This document shows positions 40,791 through 52,504 of a stretch of DNA of 64,000 nt, in pieces (position 1 is the first letter of the stretch; each line of letters opens with the position of its first letter). Where the stretch lies: assembly GCA_035539655.1 (NCBI GenBank), contig DATLIC010000119.1:29257-93256 (forward strand), given 5' to 3'. The notes beneath the pieces are model-generated. The model did no database searches and had not been told where the DNA came from. It worked only from the letters and a program-made list of their open reading frames with translations. The position numbers and the translations under genes are program-made. Source of the DNA: Kofleriaceae bacterium. Lineage in GTDB: Bacteria; Myxococcota_A; Polyangia; Haliangiales; Haliangiaceae.

Positions 40791-42868
40791 GACTCGCCGA
40801 CGAGCAGCGCGGTCGCGGCGTCGATCGCCGCCCGGCTGCCGGCGAGCGCGAGCAGATCGCCGGGCTCGATGGTGTCGGTGGCCGACGGCACCGCGATGCT
40901 GACCTCGCCGCGCTGGATGGCCAGCACGGTGGCGCCGGTGCGGCCGCGCAGGTTGGCGTGGCCGAGCGACTGCCCGGCCAGCGAGCTCGCCGCGGCGACG
41001 CGCACCGCGGTCGGCGTGCCGAGCCCGGGCAACATCTGGTCGACCAGCTCGAGCGGCGCGGCGGCCGGCGGCTCGGGCGACGCGTCGGGGTCGGGGTCGG
41101 CGGTCGGCGCCCGCCGGTGGATCTGGGCCGCGAGCACCTCGACGATGGCGTGGGCGCCGGCGCGGACGTGGTCGTCGAGATCGCCGGCGGAGCGCCACAC
41201 CCGCCACGCCTCGATCGCCACCAGCGCCGCCATCAGCGCCAGCGCCAGCGGCGGCGCGATCGCGCCGGTCGCGGCCAGGGTCGGCAGCAACGCCAGCACC
41301 AGCACCGGCACCTGGAGGGCGACGATCAGCATGCGGCGCGGCGCGGCGGCGAGGTCGAGGCCGTCGCGCGGCGGCAGCGCCCGCTCGGCGAGGTCGGCGG
41401 CCAGCACCCGCGACAGCCGGGCCAGGCCGAGCAGCAGCGGCACCGCCAGGCCGATCGCCGCGACCAGCACCGCGGCGCGGGCGACGCGGGGGTCGATGGT
41501 CAGCCAGTCCTCGATCGCCCGCGCCGCCGGATCGAGCATGATGCCGCTCGCGACCACCAGGCCGGCCAGCAGGCCGGCGTCGACGGCGAGGTAGACCGCG
41601 CGCCGGCGCAGGCGCGGGCCGGTGCCGCGGCGGCTGGCCGCACCGCGCAGGTTCTCGATCCACGAGCCGTACAGGGCGGCGAAGGTGGCCAGCCGGCGGG
41701 GCAGGCGCGGCTCGAGCCACGCCGCGACCACCGGGCCGCGCGCGGCGAGGGCCGGGGTCAGCGCGGTGGTGATCGCCGACACCGCGACCGCGACCGCGTA
41801 CCAGGTCGGCGGCAGGATGCCCGACGACACGCCGATGCTCGAGCCCACGAACGACAGCTCGCCGATCTGGGCCAGGGTCATGCCGGTCGCGACCGCCGCC
41901 GAGATGCCGCGCCCGGACAGGAACACGCCGAGCGCGACCGCGAGGATCTTGCCGCCGACCACCACGGCGAGGGTGGCGAGGATCTCGAGCCACGCGCCGG
42001 TGATCGCGTGGGGATCGATCAGCATGCCGACCGAGACGAAGAAGATCGCGGCGAACAGGTCGCGGACCGGCTCGACCAGCGGCTCGATGGTGTGGTGCTC
42101 GCCCGACTCGGCGATCAGCGCGCCGGCGACGAACGCGCCGAGCGCGACCGAATAGCCGGCGGCGTCGGCGGTGACCGCGAGCGCGAAGCACAGGCCGATC
42201 GCCATCACCAGGGTGGTCTCGCGCCGGCCGAGCGACACCGCGATCCGCACCACCCGCGGCACGATCATCAGGCCGATCGCCAGGGTCGCGACCAGGAAGC
42301 CGATCAGCTTGGCGACGGTGATGGCGAGGTCGGCGACGCCGAGGCCGGCGCCGCGGCCGACCGCGGTGAGGATCGTGAGCAGGAGGATCGCCAGCAGGTC
42401 CTCGATGACCAGCACCGAGAACACCAGCTTGCGCTGGTGGTCGGGCGGCGGCTGATCGGCCAGCGTGCGGGCGATGATCGTGGTCGACGAGATCGCGACC
42501 ATGGCGCCGATGAACAAGCTGGTGTTGCCGGGCAGCCCGAACACCCGGCCGAGCGCGGTGCCGAGCACGGTCATCAGCCCGACCTCGATCACCGTCGCGA
42601 TGATCGTGCCCGGGCCGACGCCGAGCACGCCGCGCACGCTGAGCTCGAGCCCGAGCGAGAACATCAGCAAGATGACGCCGAGCTCGGCCAGGGTCTGCAC
42701 CACGCCGGCGTCGGCCACCCACCAGAAGCTGGCGTCGGGCCCGACCAGGAACCCGGCCACCAGGTAGCCGAGCACCACCGGCAGGCGCAGGCGCTGGAAC
42801 ACCACCGTGATCACCGCCGCGGTGGTGGTGACCAGCGCGAGCGTCTGGATCAGGGCGTGCCCGCTCAT
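40787..42868 (-). CDS. CPA2-family cation:proton (K+/H+) antiporter with extra TM region and C-terminal RCK_C (TrkA-C) domain
   Basis: 693-aa ORF. The Na_H_exchanger core starts LPVVLGYLVAGFLVGP and contains LGAFVAGALIAES and about 12 TM helices. The C-terminal TrkA-C-like segment is LAGQSLGHANLRGRTGATVLAIQRGEVSIAVPSATDTIEPGDLLALAG. Confidence 0.92.
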   Translation of the reverse strand: MSGHALIQTLALVTTTAAVITVVFQRLRLPVVLGYLVAGFLVGPDASFWWVADAGVVQTLAELGVILLMFSLGLELSVRGVLGVGPGTIIATVIEVGLMTVLGTALGRVFGLPGNTSLFIGAMVAISSTTIIARTLADQPPPDHQRKLVFSVLVIEDLLAILLLTILTAVGRGAGLGVADLAITVAKLIGFLVATLAIGLMIVPRVVRIAVSLGRRETTLVMAIGLCFALAVTADAAGYSVALGAFVAGALIAESGEHHTIEPLVEPVRDLFAAIFFVSVGMLIDPHAITGAWLEILATLAVVVGGKILAVALGVFLSGRGISAAVATGMTLAQIGELSFVGSSIGVSSGILPPTWYAVAVAVSAITTALTPALAARGPVVAAWLEPRLPRRLATFAALYGSWIENLRGAASRRGTGPRLRRRAVYLAVDAGLLAGLVVASGIMLDPAARAIEDWLTIDPRVARAAVLVAAIGLAVPLLLGLARLSRVLAADLAERALPPRDGLDLAAAPRRMLIVALQVPVLVLALLPTLAATGAIAPPLALALMAALVAIEAWRVWRSAGDLDDHVRAGAHAIVEVLAAQIHRRAPTADPDPDASPEPPAAAPLELVDQMLPGLGTPTAVRVAAASSLAGQSLGHANLRGRTGATVLAIQRGEVSIAVPSATDTIEPGDLLALAGSRAAIDAATALLVGES

Positions 42869-42934
42869 CGATGGGCGCTCATCATCGCACGGCCGTCGGC
42901 GCGCGATCGACGGCGGCGGCGGTCGTCGTCGCGC

Positions 42935-44263
42935 TCAGTCGTAGGGCGCGAACACGGCTCGCGACACCCGGCGCCGGTTGAACGACGCCAGCTCGGCGTC
43001 CGGGTAGGCGTGGGCCGAGCCGGCCGGCACGCGGGAGCGGATGAAGCCGATGACCGCCTTGCGGGCGACCTCGCCGGCCTCGACCACCGCCGGCTCGCCG
43101 TGCTCGGCGCAGTCGTCCCACAGCTCGAACAGCGCCGCGCGCTTGGCGACGATGTCGAGGTCGGTCCGCGCCCACAGCGCGACCAGGTGCTTCTGGATGG
43201 TGGCGCCGGTCCGGTCGAGCGCGCGGGCGCGATGGGCACGGCCCATCTCGGCGCGCTCGTCGCGGGTGCGGTCCATCCAGGCCAGCTTCTCGGCCTGGTA
43301 GGGATCGATGCCGCCCTTCTTCATGATCCAGTCGTCGGCGTTGAAGCGGCCGCCCAAGATCGGGACGGTGCCGCCGTGATCGGGCTTCTTGTCGGCGTCG
43401 GTCGGGTCGGCGCCGGCGACCTCCTCGCCGGTGCGCTCGGCCTCGCGGATCTTCTTGGTCGGATCGCGCTGCCACGTCTCGAGGCCGCGGGCGATGTTGC
43501 GGGCGGCGCCGCGCACCTTGCTCGGCGTGGGGAGCTTGAGGTTGATCGAGAAGTCCGAGCCGTCCTCGATCGAGACCTTGCCGTCGGGCGCGACCTTGCC
43601 GGTGAAGCCGGGCCGATGCGAGGTGTAGGTCCCGCCGCCCGACGGGGCGAGCTCGCCGGTCGGCTCGGGCGGCCGGTACTCGGGCGGGTGGATCTCGGGG
43701 CTGCCCTCGGGCGGCAGCTCGTAGGTCGCGCCGCGGAGATCGAGGCGCGGGGCGGCCGGGCGCGTCGGCAGGTCGCGCATCGACAGCTTACCGGGACCGG
43801 TGGCGCTCGGCGGTGGCTCGGTCCCGCCCGGCTCGGGAGTCGCGGCGCCGGAGGCGGCGCTCGGCGCCGGCTCGGTGGCGCGGTTGGTGGCCGCGGCGCG
43901 CGCGGCCGGCGGGGGAGGGGGGGCGATCGGATCGTCCAGATCGTCGGGCGCCGGCGGCGGCGGCGTGGAGGCGGATGTAGGTGCGGTGAACAGCTCGATG
44001 TCGATCGGCGTCGCCTCGATCGTGTCGGCCGGCAAGATCTCGAGCTTCGGCTGGATCACCGCGACCGGCCGGGGCTTTTCGGGCTCGATCTCGTCGAGCA
44101 CCACCAGCACGGCCACGTGCACAATGGCCGACACACCGATGGCGATCGCGACGCCGGAGCGCACGGAGGTGGGACCCGCGGCGCCGCCCGAGCGTTGCCC
44201 CTCGGGTGAATTCTCGGGGCGGCGCGACACCTCCGGAGGCGTGGCTGACAGATCGGGGGGCAT
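42935..44263 (-). CDS. Single-pass membrane protein with Pro-rich linker and conserved C-terminal domain (hypothetical)
   Basis: 442-aa ORF with GC3-rich codons, a TM helix (VAIAIGVSAIVHVAVLVVL) and a Pro/Ala-rich spacer. The globular C-terminal part is non-repetitive (WIMKKGGIDPYQAEKLAWMDRTRDERAEM...). It is divergent from the ECF sigma gene with only 36 bp between the starts. Confidence 0.75.
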   Translation of the reverse strand: MPPDLSATPPEVSRRPENSPEGQRSGGAAGPTSVRSGVAIAIGVSAIVHVAVLVVLDEIEPEKPRPVAVIQPKLEILPADTIEATPIDIELFTAPTSASTPPPPAPDDLDDPIAPPPPPAARAAATNRATEPAPSAASGAATPEPGGTEPPPSATGPGKLSMRDLPTRPAAPRLDLRGATYELPPEGSPEIHPPEYRPPEPTGELAPSGGGTYTSHRPGFTGKVAPDGKVSIEDGSDFSINLKLPTPSKVRGAARNIARGLETWQRDPTKKIREAERTGEEVAGADPTDADKKPDHGGTVPILGGRFNADDWIMKKGGIDPYQAEKLAWMDRTRDERAEMGRAHRARALDRTGATIQKHLVALWARTDLDIVAKRAALFELWDDCAEHGEPAVVEAGEVARKAVIGFIRSRVPAGSAHAYPDAELASFNRRRVSRAVFAPYD

Positions 44264-44299
44264 GGACGCGCGTCGCAGCGGACGAGGACGGAAGATCCC

Positions 44300-44935
44300 A
44301 TGAGCCTACCCCTGGCCGGCCTGCTGTCGCGGCTGTTTCGACGGTCGATCCCACCCGAGCTGGCCGCGGCCGCGCGCGGGGACGCCGACGCGATCGGTCG
44401 CTTCTACGACGCCCACGTCGACGGCCTGTACGCCTTCGTCTTCTACCGGGTCGGGCGCGACCCGGCGCTGGCCGAGGACATCGTGCAGGACACGTTCACC
44501 CGGGCGCTCGGCCAGCTCGGCGACTACGACCCGGCCCGGGGCGGCGTCGGCGGGTGGTTGACCACGCTGTCGCGCAACGTGATCCGCGATCACCTGCGCG
44601 CCCACCACCGCACCGACGCGGTCGCCGAGCGGTGGGAGCGGATCGACGTGTCCTTGACCCAGCTCTACGACGCGCTCGAGCGCGCGCCCTTGCCCGGCGA
44701 GGTGCTCGCCCGCGCCGAGACCCGCGATCTCGTCAACATGACCATCGCCCACCTGCCCGAGCAGTACCGGGTGGCGCTGGCGCGCAAGTACGTCGACGAC
44801 CGCAGCCTCGAGGATCTCGCCAGCGAGCTCGGGCTGTCGGTCGACGCCGCCAAGTCGCTGCTGGCCCGGGCCCGGCGCGCGTTCAAGGAAACCTTCTCCA
44901 CCCTCGGCCACGCGCTCGAGGAGGTGACCCCGTGA
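44300..44935 (+). CDS. ECF-type RNA polymerase sigma-70 family factor
   Basis: 211-aa ORF with region 2 (FYDAHVDGLYAFVFYRVGRDPALAEDIVQDTFTRA, WLTTLSRNVIRDHLR) and region 4 (LPEQYRVALARKYVDDRSLEDLASELGLSVDAAKSLLARARRAFKE). Confidence 0.93.
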   Translation: MSLPLAGLLSRLFRRSIPPELAAAARGDADAIGRFYDAHVDGLYAFVFYRVGRDPALAEDIVQDTFTRALGQLGDYDPARGGVGGWLTTLSRNVIRDHLRAHHRTDAVAERWERIDVSLTQLYDALERAPLPGEVLARAETRDLVNMTIAHLPEQYRVALARKYVDDRSLEDLASELGLSVDAAKSLLARARRAFKETFSTLGHALEEVTP

Positions 44936-47900
44936 CCACCCCCATCGACCCCGATCGCGATCGCGACGGCGACGTCCTCGACGGCAACCTCAAGACCCTC
45001 CTGGCCGAGGCCGATCCGGCCGCGATCCGGCCCGAGGCCCGCGCCCGCATCCGCGCCGGGCTGGTCGCCCGCCATGCCCGGCCGGTGCGCGAGCGCTCGC
45101 CGGTCGCGCTGGCCGGCTGGGGCCTGGTCGCCGCCGCGACCGGCGCGCTGGTGATCGCCAACCTGCGCGGCGGCGGTGACGCGAGCCGCGGCGGCGCGCC
45201 GGCGGCCGCCGCCGGCCGGTCCGACACCCTCGCGCTCGCCGACGGCACCACCGCCGAGCTCGGCGCCGGCGGTCGCGTCGACGTGCTCGGCCCGCGCCGC
45301 GTCCGGGTCCGCGGCCAGGTCCTGCTCGACGTCGCGCCGGGGCAGGGCACGTTCACGGTCACGACCGAGCACGGCGAGCTGGCCGTGCTCGGCACCCGCT
45401 TCCTGGTCGAGGCGTCGCCCGACCGGACCACCGCGGCGGTGCTGCGCGGCGTGGTCGCGATGCGCTCGGCCGGCGCCGAGGAGGTCGTCCGCGCCGGCGA
45501 GCAGGGCGCGATGACCCGGCACACCCCGCCGACCCGCGGCCCGGCGCCGCGGCTGTCGCACCTGGTCAGCTGGGTGGCCGAGCGCCGCCGCCGCGACGAG
45601 CGGGTCGAGCGCGGCCCGGCTCGCTCGGGCGCGCTGCTCGCCCGCGATCCGCAGTGGCAGGACCGCGAGCTGCCGCTGCCGCTGCGCCAGCTCACCGTCG
45701 ACGTCCACCTCGAGAACCAGGTCGCCCGCGTCGCGCTCGATCAGACCTTCCACAACCCCCACGACCAGACCCTCGAGGGCGTCTACAAGTTCGCGCTGCC
45801 GCCCGACGCCGCGGTGGCCCGGCTGGCCATGTACGTCGACGGCCGGCTGACCGAGGCGGCGGTGGTCGAGCGCATGCGCGCGCGCCGCATCTACGAGGAC
45901 ATCGTCTACCAGCGCCGCGATCCCGCCCTGCTCGAGCAGATGGGCGCGTCGAAGGTGTCGATGCGGATCTTCCCGCTGGTCGGCCACCAGGACAAGCGGG
46001 TGATCCTGGCCTACACCCAGCCGCTGGCCCGCACCTACGACGACGTCACGCTGACCGTGCCGCTGCCCGATCTCGAGCAGCCGGTCGCCGAGGTCGCGCT
46101 GCAGGTCAAGGTCACCGGCTGCGACGGCTGCGAGATCAGCTCGCCGTCGCACGCGATCGACGTCCAGCGCACCGGCGGCGACGCGACGGTCACCCACCGG
46201 GCGAGCAACGTCCGCCTCGGCGACTCGCTGGTCCTGCGCCTGCGCCAGCCGGACGCGCCGGCGACCACGGTGGCGACGACCGTCCACGACGCCCACCAGT
46301 ACGCGCTGGTGCGGGTGCGGCCGACGGTCGACGCGACGGCCGCGGTCGCGGTCGACGCCCGCCCGCACCGGTGGGTGATCCTCGACGACACCAGCGCGTC
46401 GCGCGGGCTGATCGAGCGCCGGGCCCAGGCCGAGCTGATCGATCGCCTGATCCAGGAGATCGACGAGACCGACCAGGTGATGGTGGTCGCGTTCGACGCC
46501 ACCCAGCGCCGGTTCGCCGACTGGCAGGCCGCCCTGGCCGTCGATCGCAGGGCGCTGGCCCGCCACCTGACCGAGGACGGCGGCCTGGGCGAGACCGATC
46601 TGGTCGCCGCGCTCGACGGCGCGGTGGCGGCGCTGGCCGGCCAGCCCGGCTACGTGGTCTACGTCGGCGACGGCACCGCCACCGGCGCGCGGCGCACGAT
46701 CGATCAGCTGCGCGACGCGATCGCCGGCAAGGCGACCTTCATCGGCCTCGGCGTCGGCGACGGCGTCGATCTGCCGACCCTGTCGGCGCTGGCCGACGCC
46801 ACCGGCGGCCTCGCCACCCACCTCGATCTCGGCGACGACCTGGCCTGGCGTGCGCTCGACCTGGTCGCCGCGCTGTACACGCCGCGGGTCACCGGGCTCA
46901 CCGCCGAGCTCGACGCCGCCGTCGGCACCGCCGCCCCGCTCGCCGACGGCGAGGCGTCGGCCTACCTGCGCGCCGGCCAGGTCGCGGCCGGCGAGGACGT
47001 CGAGGTCGTGGTCCGGGTGCCGGCCCGCGCCGACCTCCGCGCGGTGATCCTGCGCGGCCAGGTCGGCGGTCGGCCGTGGACCCAGACCGTCCGGCTGGCG
47101 GACACGCCGCGCGCGCCCGGCGACGCCGGCTACCTGCCCCGGCTGTGGGCCGAGCGCCGCCTCGACGCGCTGGCCACCGCCGGCGACCGCGCGCTGGCGC
47201 CGTGCACGACCACGCCGTGCCCGAGCGACGAGGAGCGGGCGATCGCCGCCTACCACGCGCGCAAGGACGAGATGGTCGCGCTCGGCAAGGCGCACTTCCT
47301 GCTGTCGCCGCACACCTCGCTGATCGTCCTCGAGAACGACGCCATGTACGCCCAGTACGGCGTGACCAAGGGCTCGGGCGCGACCTGGGCGCCGTACGCC
47401 GCCCCGGCGACCATCCCGGTCACGCGCGTCGCGGCGCCGGTCGTCGACGAGCGCCGCCTGTGGCGCACGCCGGCGGCGTGGCAGTACGACGACCAGGCGG
47501 CGCGGAAGGACGCCGACCTCGCCGGCTTCGTCGGCGCGTACGGCACGATCGGCACTGGCCCCCCCGGCACCCTCGGCCACGGCTCGGGCACCGGCAGCGG
47601 CTACGGCGTCGGCGCCGGCAAGGGCGGCGGCGGCGCGGTCGTGACTGCGAGTCCCGCCGTCGAGAAGTCGGCGACGGCGTCCGAGCGCGCCCCCCAAGAG
47701 GAGGCCGAGCCGCGCGTCGACGTGAACGCGGACCCGGTCGGCCAGCCGGCGGCCACGGAAGCGGCCGGTCCGGCGCCGGTGACGGTCCCGGTCGGCGGCG
47801 AGGTGGCCGAGCCCAAGCGCGACCGCGCCACCCGGTTCGCCGAGGACGACGACGCGCTGCTCGGCGGCCTGCTCGGCGACGACGCCGGCGCCTCCGGCTT

Positions 47901-50289
47901 CGGCGTGCGCGGGCGCAGCGCGACCCGGCGGGCCGCGTTCGACCGCCACGACGGCTGGGCAGGACGGCGCCAGCAGTACCGCTACAGCGGGATCAACCCG
48001 ATCGCCTTCCACCACAGCGGCGACTGGCGCCTCGACGACCTGACCGAGTGGATGCCGGGGCTGATGCGCACCCGCTACGACGACCTCGCCGACGGGCTCG
48101 ACGCCGCCGCGGCCGGGACCACCGGCTCGATCACCGACGACGCGCGCCGCGCGCTCGACGACGCTCGCCGCACCCTGCGGCCGGGCCGGTGGCGATGGAG
48201 CGGCGACAGCGAGCTGATCGTCGACGGCGCCGGCCGGATCGCCCGGCGCGAGACGCTCGATACCGGGCTGGTCGAGGAGCTGCGCTACGACGGCGCCACC
48301 CTGCGCCACGCCTATCCGGAGCTGGGCGTCGAGGCGACCCGCGCCGTCGGCGACCACGAGCCGGCGCTGTACGCGGCGCTGCTGCCGATCCTGCCGCCGC
48401 GCCCCGATCACCTGGCCCGCTTCTACCAGGTCACGCTGTCCGGTCCCCGGACGCTCCGCCTGGCCCCGGCCGGCGGCCACGGCGACGTCGTCGAGCTCGA
48501 CCTCGGCGACGACGGCGTGATCGTCGCGATGCGGCGCGTCCGCGGCGCCGACACGACCACGGTGATGACCGTGCGCCGGGCCGGCGCCGGCTTCGAGCTG
48601 ACCATCGCCGGCCGCACCGCGGTCGTGACCTACCAGGCCGACCCCACGGTCGCCGTCGACGCCGGCGCCGCCCAGCCGGTGGCGATCGCGCTGCCGCTGC
48701 GCGCGCCCCAGCACTGGCAGACCGCGCTGGCCACCCTGCCGCCCGGCGATCCGGCCTGGCGCGACGCCCAGTACCAGCTGGCCGCGACCGCGCTCGCGCT
48801 CGGCAACCCCGGGCTGGTCGCGCAGGTCGCGCGCCAGCTCGCCGACCGCGGCCCCCTGACCCCGGCCGAGCTGGCCATGGTCGGCGGCGCCCAGGCCTGG
48901 CTCGGCGGCGACGACGCGGTCCGCCTCGCCGGCAACGCCGGCGGCGCGGTCGGCGCCTACCTGCGCGCCACCCGGAGCTTCCGCGATCGGCCGCGCACCG
49001 GCGTCTACGCGGCGGTCGCCGACCAGGCGACCGGGCTGATCGCGACCCTGGCCCGCTACCGCGAGGTGCTGGTCGCCGGCGAGCGCGGCGACCTGGCCGC
49101 GGCGCGCGCCGCGTTCGAGCAGTTCGTGCTCCGCCACCCCGGCGCCGAGACCCTGCGGCTGATCGCCGCGACCCGCATCGCGCAGCAGCACGCCTGGCGC
49201 GACGCCCGCGCCGTCGAGGTGCTCGACACCATCGCCGCCGGGCCGTGGCGCAACGTGCTGCGCGCCGAGGCGGCGCGCATGGCCCAGGCCGGCGGCCGCG
49301 GCGGCTCGCTCGCCGCGTCGGCCGACCGCTGGGTCGCGCTGATGTCCGACGTCGACCTGGCGGCGTCACCGCCGGCGATCGACTGGAACGCCAAGTACGT
49401 CGTCGAGCAGAGCGCGCGCGGCGCGGTCGGCTGGCAGCTCGCGCTGGCGGCGTGGAAGCAGCGCGTGCTGGCCGGCGGCGACCTCGACCACGTCATGGCG
49501 TTCGCGGCGGCGGCGGCGATGACGCCGGGCGAGGACCTCGATCAGGCCCTCGAGCGCGCCGCCGCGCTGGCCGCCGCGCCCGACGCCCTCACCGAGGTGG
49601 TCGCGGCCGCGACCGCGTGGAACCGCCTCGACCGGGCGCGCAGCCTGCTCGACCAGGCGCTCACCCGCTACCCGGCCAGCGCCGGCCTGCTGCGGCTGGC
49701 CAGCGCGGTCGCCGAGCGCCAGGGCGATCCGCGCCTGGCCGCCGACCGGTTGCAGCGCGCGCTGGCCGCCGACGCCGATCGGCCGGTCGCGCTGTCGCAG
49801 CTGCGCGCCGACTACGGCCGGCTGATCGGCCTCCACGGCCAGGTCGCGCGCACCGCGTCGGGCGCCGACCGCGACGCCGCCGTCGACGCCGCGGTCGCGG
49901 TCGGCCGCGAGTGGCGGGCGATGGATCCCGAGCACGCCGCGCGCGAGCGCCAGCTCGGCGAGCTGCTCGCCGCGATCGGCCGCGACGCCGAGGCGTGGCG
50001 CTACCTGTCGACGCCGATCGACCTGAACCCGCGCGACGGCGCGTCGTTCCAGGTCGCCGCCGAGGTGCTCGAGCGCGCCGGCAAGCTCGATCAGGCGCTC
50101 GGCCTGTGGCGGCGCGCGTTCGCCCTCGACGCCACCAACCCGACCTGGCTGCAGCGCGCGGCCCAGGTCGAGCTCGCCCTCGGCCGCACCGACGATGCCC
50201 GGCGGACCATCGACCGCATCGCCCGGGGGCCGTGGCACGTCCGCTGGGACGGCGTGAAGTCCTGGGCGCAGAGCGCCCAGCGCCGCTGA
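44932..50289 (+). CDS. 1785-aa single-pass membrane protein: putative anti-sigma N-terminus, FecR-like domain, VIT domain, vWA domain and C-terminal TPR region
   Basis: GTG 44932 overlaps the sigma stop (GTGA), inside track ORF 44206..50289. It has a TM helix (VALAGWGLVAAATGALVIANL) and a FecR-like block (GTFTVTTEHGELAVLGTRFLVEA). The VIT-like block is LTVDVHLENQVARVALDQTFHNPHDQTLEGVYKFALPPDAAVARLAMYVDG. The vWA domain has MIDAS DTSAS (WVILDDTSASRG...VVYVGDGTATG). TPR-like repeats run to the C-terminus. Confidence 0.85.
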   Translation: MTTPIDPDRDRDGDVLDGNLKTLLAEADPAAIRPEARARIRAGLVARHARPVRERSPVALAGWGLVAAATGALVIANLRGGGDASRGGAPAAAAGRSDTLALADGTTAELGAGGRVDVLGPRRVRVRGQVLLDVAPGQGTFTVTTEHGELAVLGTRFLVEASPDRTTAAVLRGVVAMRSAGAEEVVRAGEQGAMTRHTPPTRGPAPRLSHLVSWVAERRRRDERVERGPARSGALLARDPQWQDRELPLPLRQLTVDVHLENQVARVALDQTFHNPHDQTLEGVYKFALPPDAAVARLAMYVDGRLTEAAVVERMRARRIYEDIVYQRRDPALLEQMGASKVSMRIFPLVGHQDKRVILAYTQPLARTYDDVTLTVPLPDLEQPVAEVALQVKVTGCDGCEISSPSHAIDVQRTGGDATVTHRASNVRLGDSLVLRLRQPDAPATTVATTVHDAHQYALVRVRPTVDATAAVAVDARPHRWVILDDTSASRGLIERRAQAELIDRLIQEIDETDQVMVVAFDATQRRFADWQAALAVDRRALARHLTEDGGLGETDLVAALDGAVAALAGQPGYVVYVGDGTATGARRTIDQLRDAIAGKATFIGLGVGDGVDLPTLSALADATGGLATHLDLGDDLAWRALDLVAALYTPRVTGLTAELDAAVGTAAPLADGEASAYLRAGQVAAGEDVEVVVRVPARADLRAVILRGQVGGRPWTQTVRLADTPRAPGDAGYLPRLWAERRLDALATAGDRALAPCTTTPCPSDEERAIAAYHARKDEMVALGKAHFLLSPHTSLIVLENDAMYAQYGVTKGSGATWAPYAAPATIPVTRVAAPVVDERRLWRTPAAWQYDDQAARKDADLAGFVGAYGTIGTGPPGTLGHGSGTGSGYGVGAGKGGGGAVVTASPAVEKSATASERAPQEEAEPRVDVNADPVGQPAATEAAGPAPVTVPVGGEVAEPKRDRATRFAEDDDALLGGLLGDDAGASGFGVRGRSATRRAAFDRHDGWAGRRQQYRYSGINPIAFHHSGDWRLDDLTEWMPGLMRTRYDDLADGLDAAAAGTTGSITDDARRALDDARRTLRPGRWRWSGDSELIVDGAGRIARRETLDTGLVEELRYDGATLRHAYPELGVEATRAVGDHEPALYAALLPILPPRPDHLARFYQVTLSGPRTLRLAPAGGHGDVVELDLGDDGVIVAMRRVRGADTTTVMTVRRAGAGFELTIAGRTAVVTYQADPTVAVDAGAAQPVAIALPLRAPQHWQTALATLPPGDPAWRDAQYQLAATALALGNPGLVAQVARQLADRGPLTPAELAMVGGAQAWLGGDDAVRLAGNAGGAVGAYLRATRSFRDRPRTGVYAAVADQATGLIATLARYREVLVAGERGDLAAARAAFEQFVLRHPGAETLRLIAATRIAQQHAWRDARAVEVLDTIAAGPWRNVLRAEAARMAQAGGRGGSLAASADRWVALMSDVDLAASPPAIDWNAKYVVEQSARGAVGWQLALAAWKQRVLAGGDLDHVMAFAAAAAMTPGEDLDQALERAAALAAAPDALTEVVAAATAWNRLDRARSLLDQALTRYPASAGLLRLASAVAERQGDPRLAADRLQRALAADADRPVALSQLRADYGRLIGLHGQVARTASGADRDAAVDAAVAVGREWRAMDPEHAARERQLGELLAAIGRDAEAWRYLSTPIDLNPRDGASFQVAAEVLERAGKLDQALGLWRRAFALDATNPTWLQRAAQVELALGRTDDARRTIDRIARGPWHVRWDGVKSWAQSAQRR

Positions 50290-50361
50290 CCCGACCTGCC
50301 GTTCTTCGCCACCCGAGCCGGATCGCTAGACCCGGCCGCGGCGGCGTGGCACGGTCCCGCG

Positions 50362-52500
<2,139 letters not shown>

Positions 52501-52504
52501 TGAC

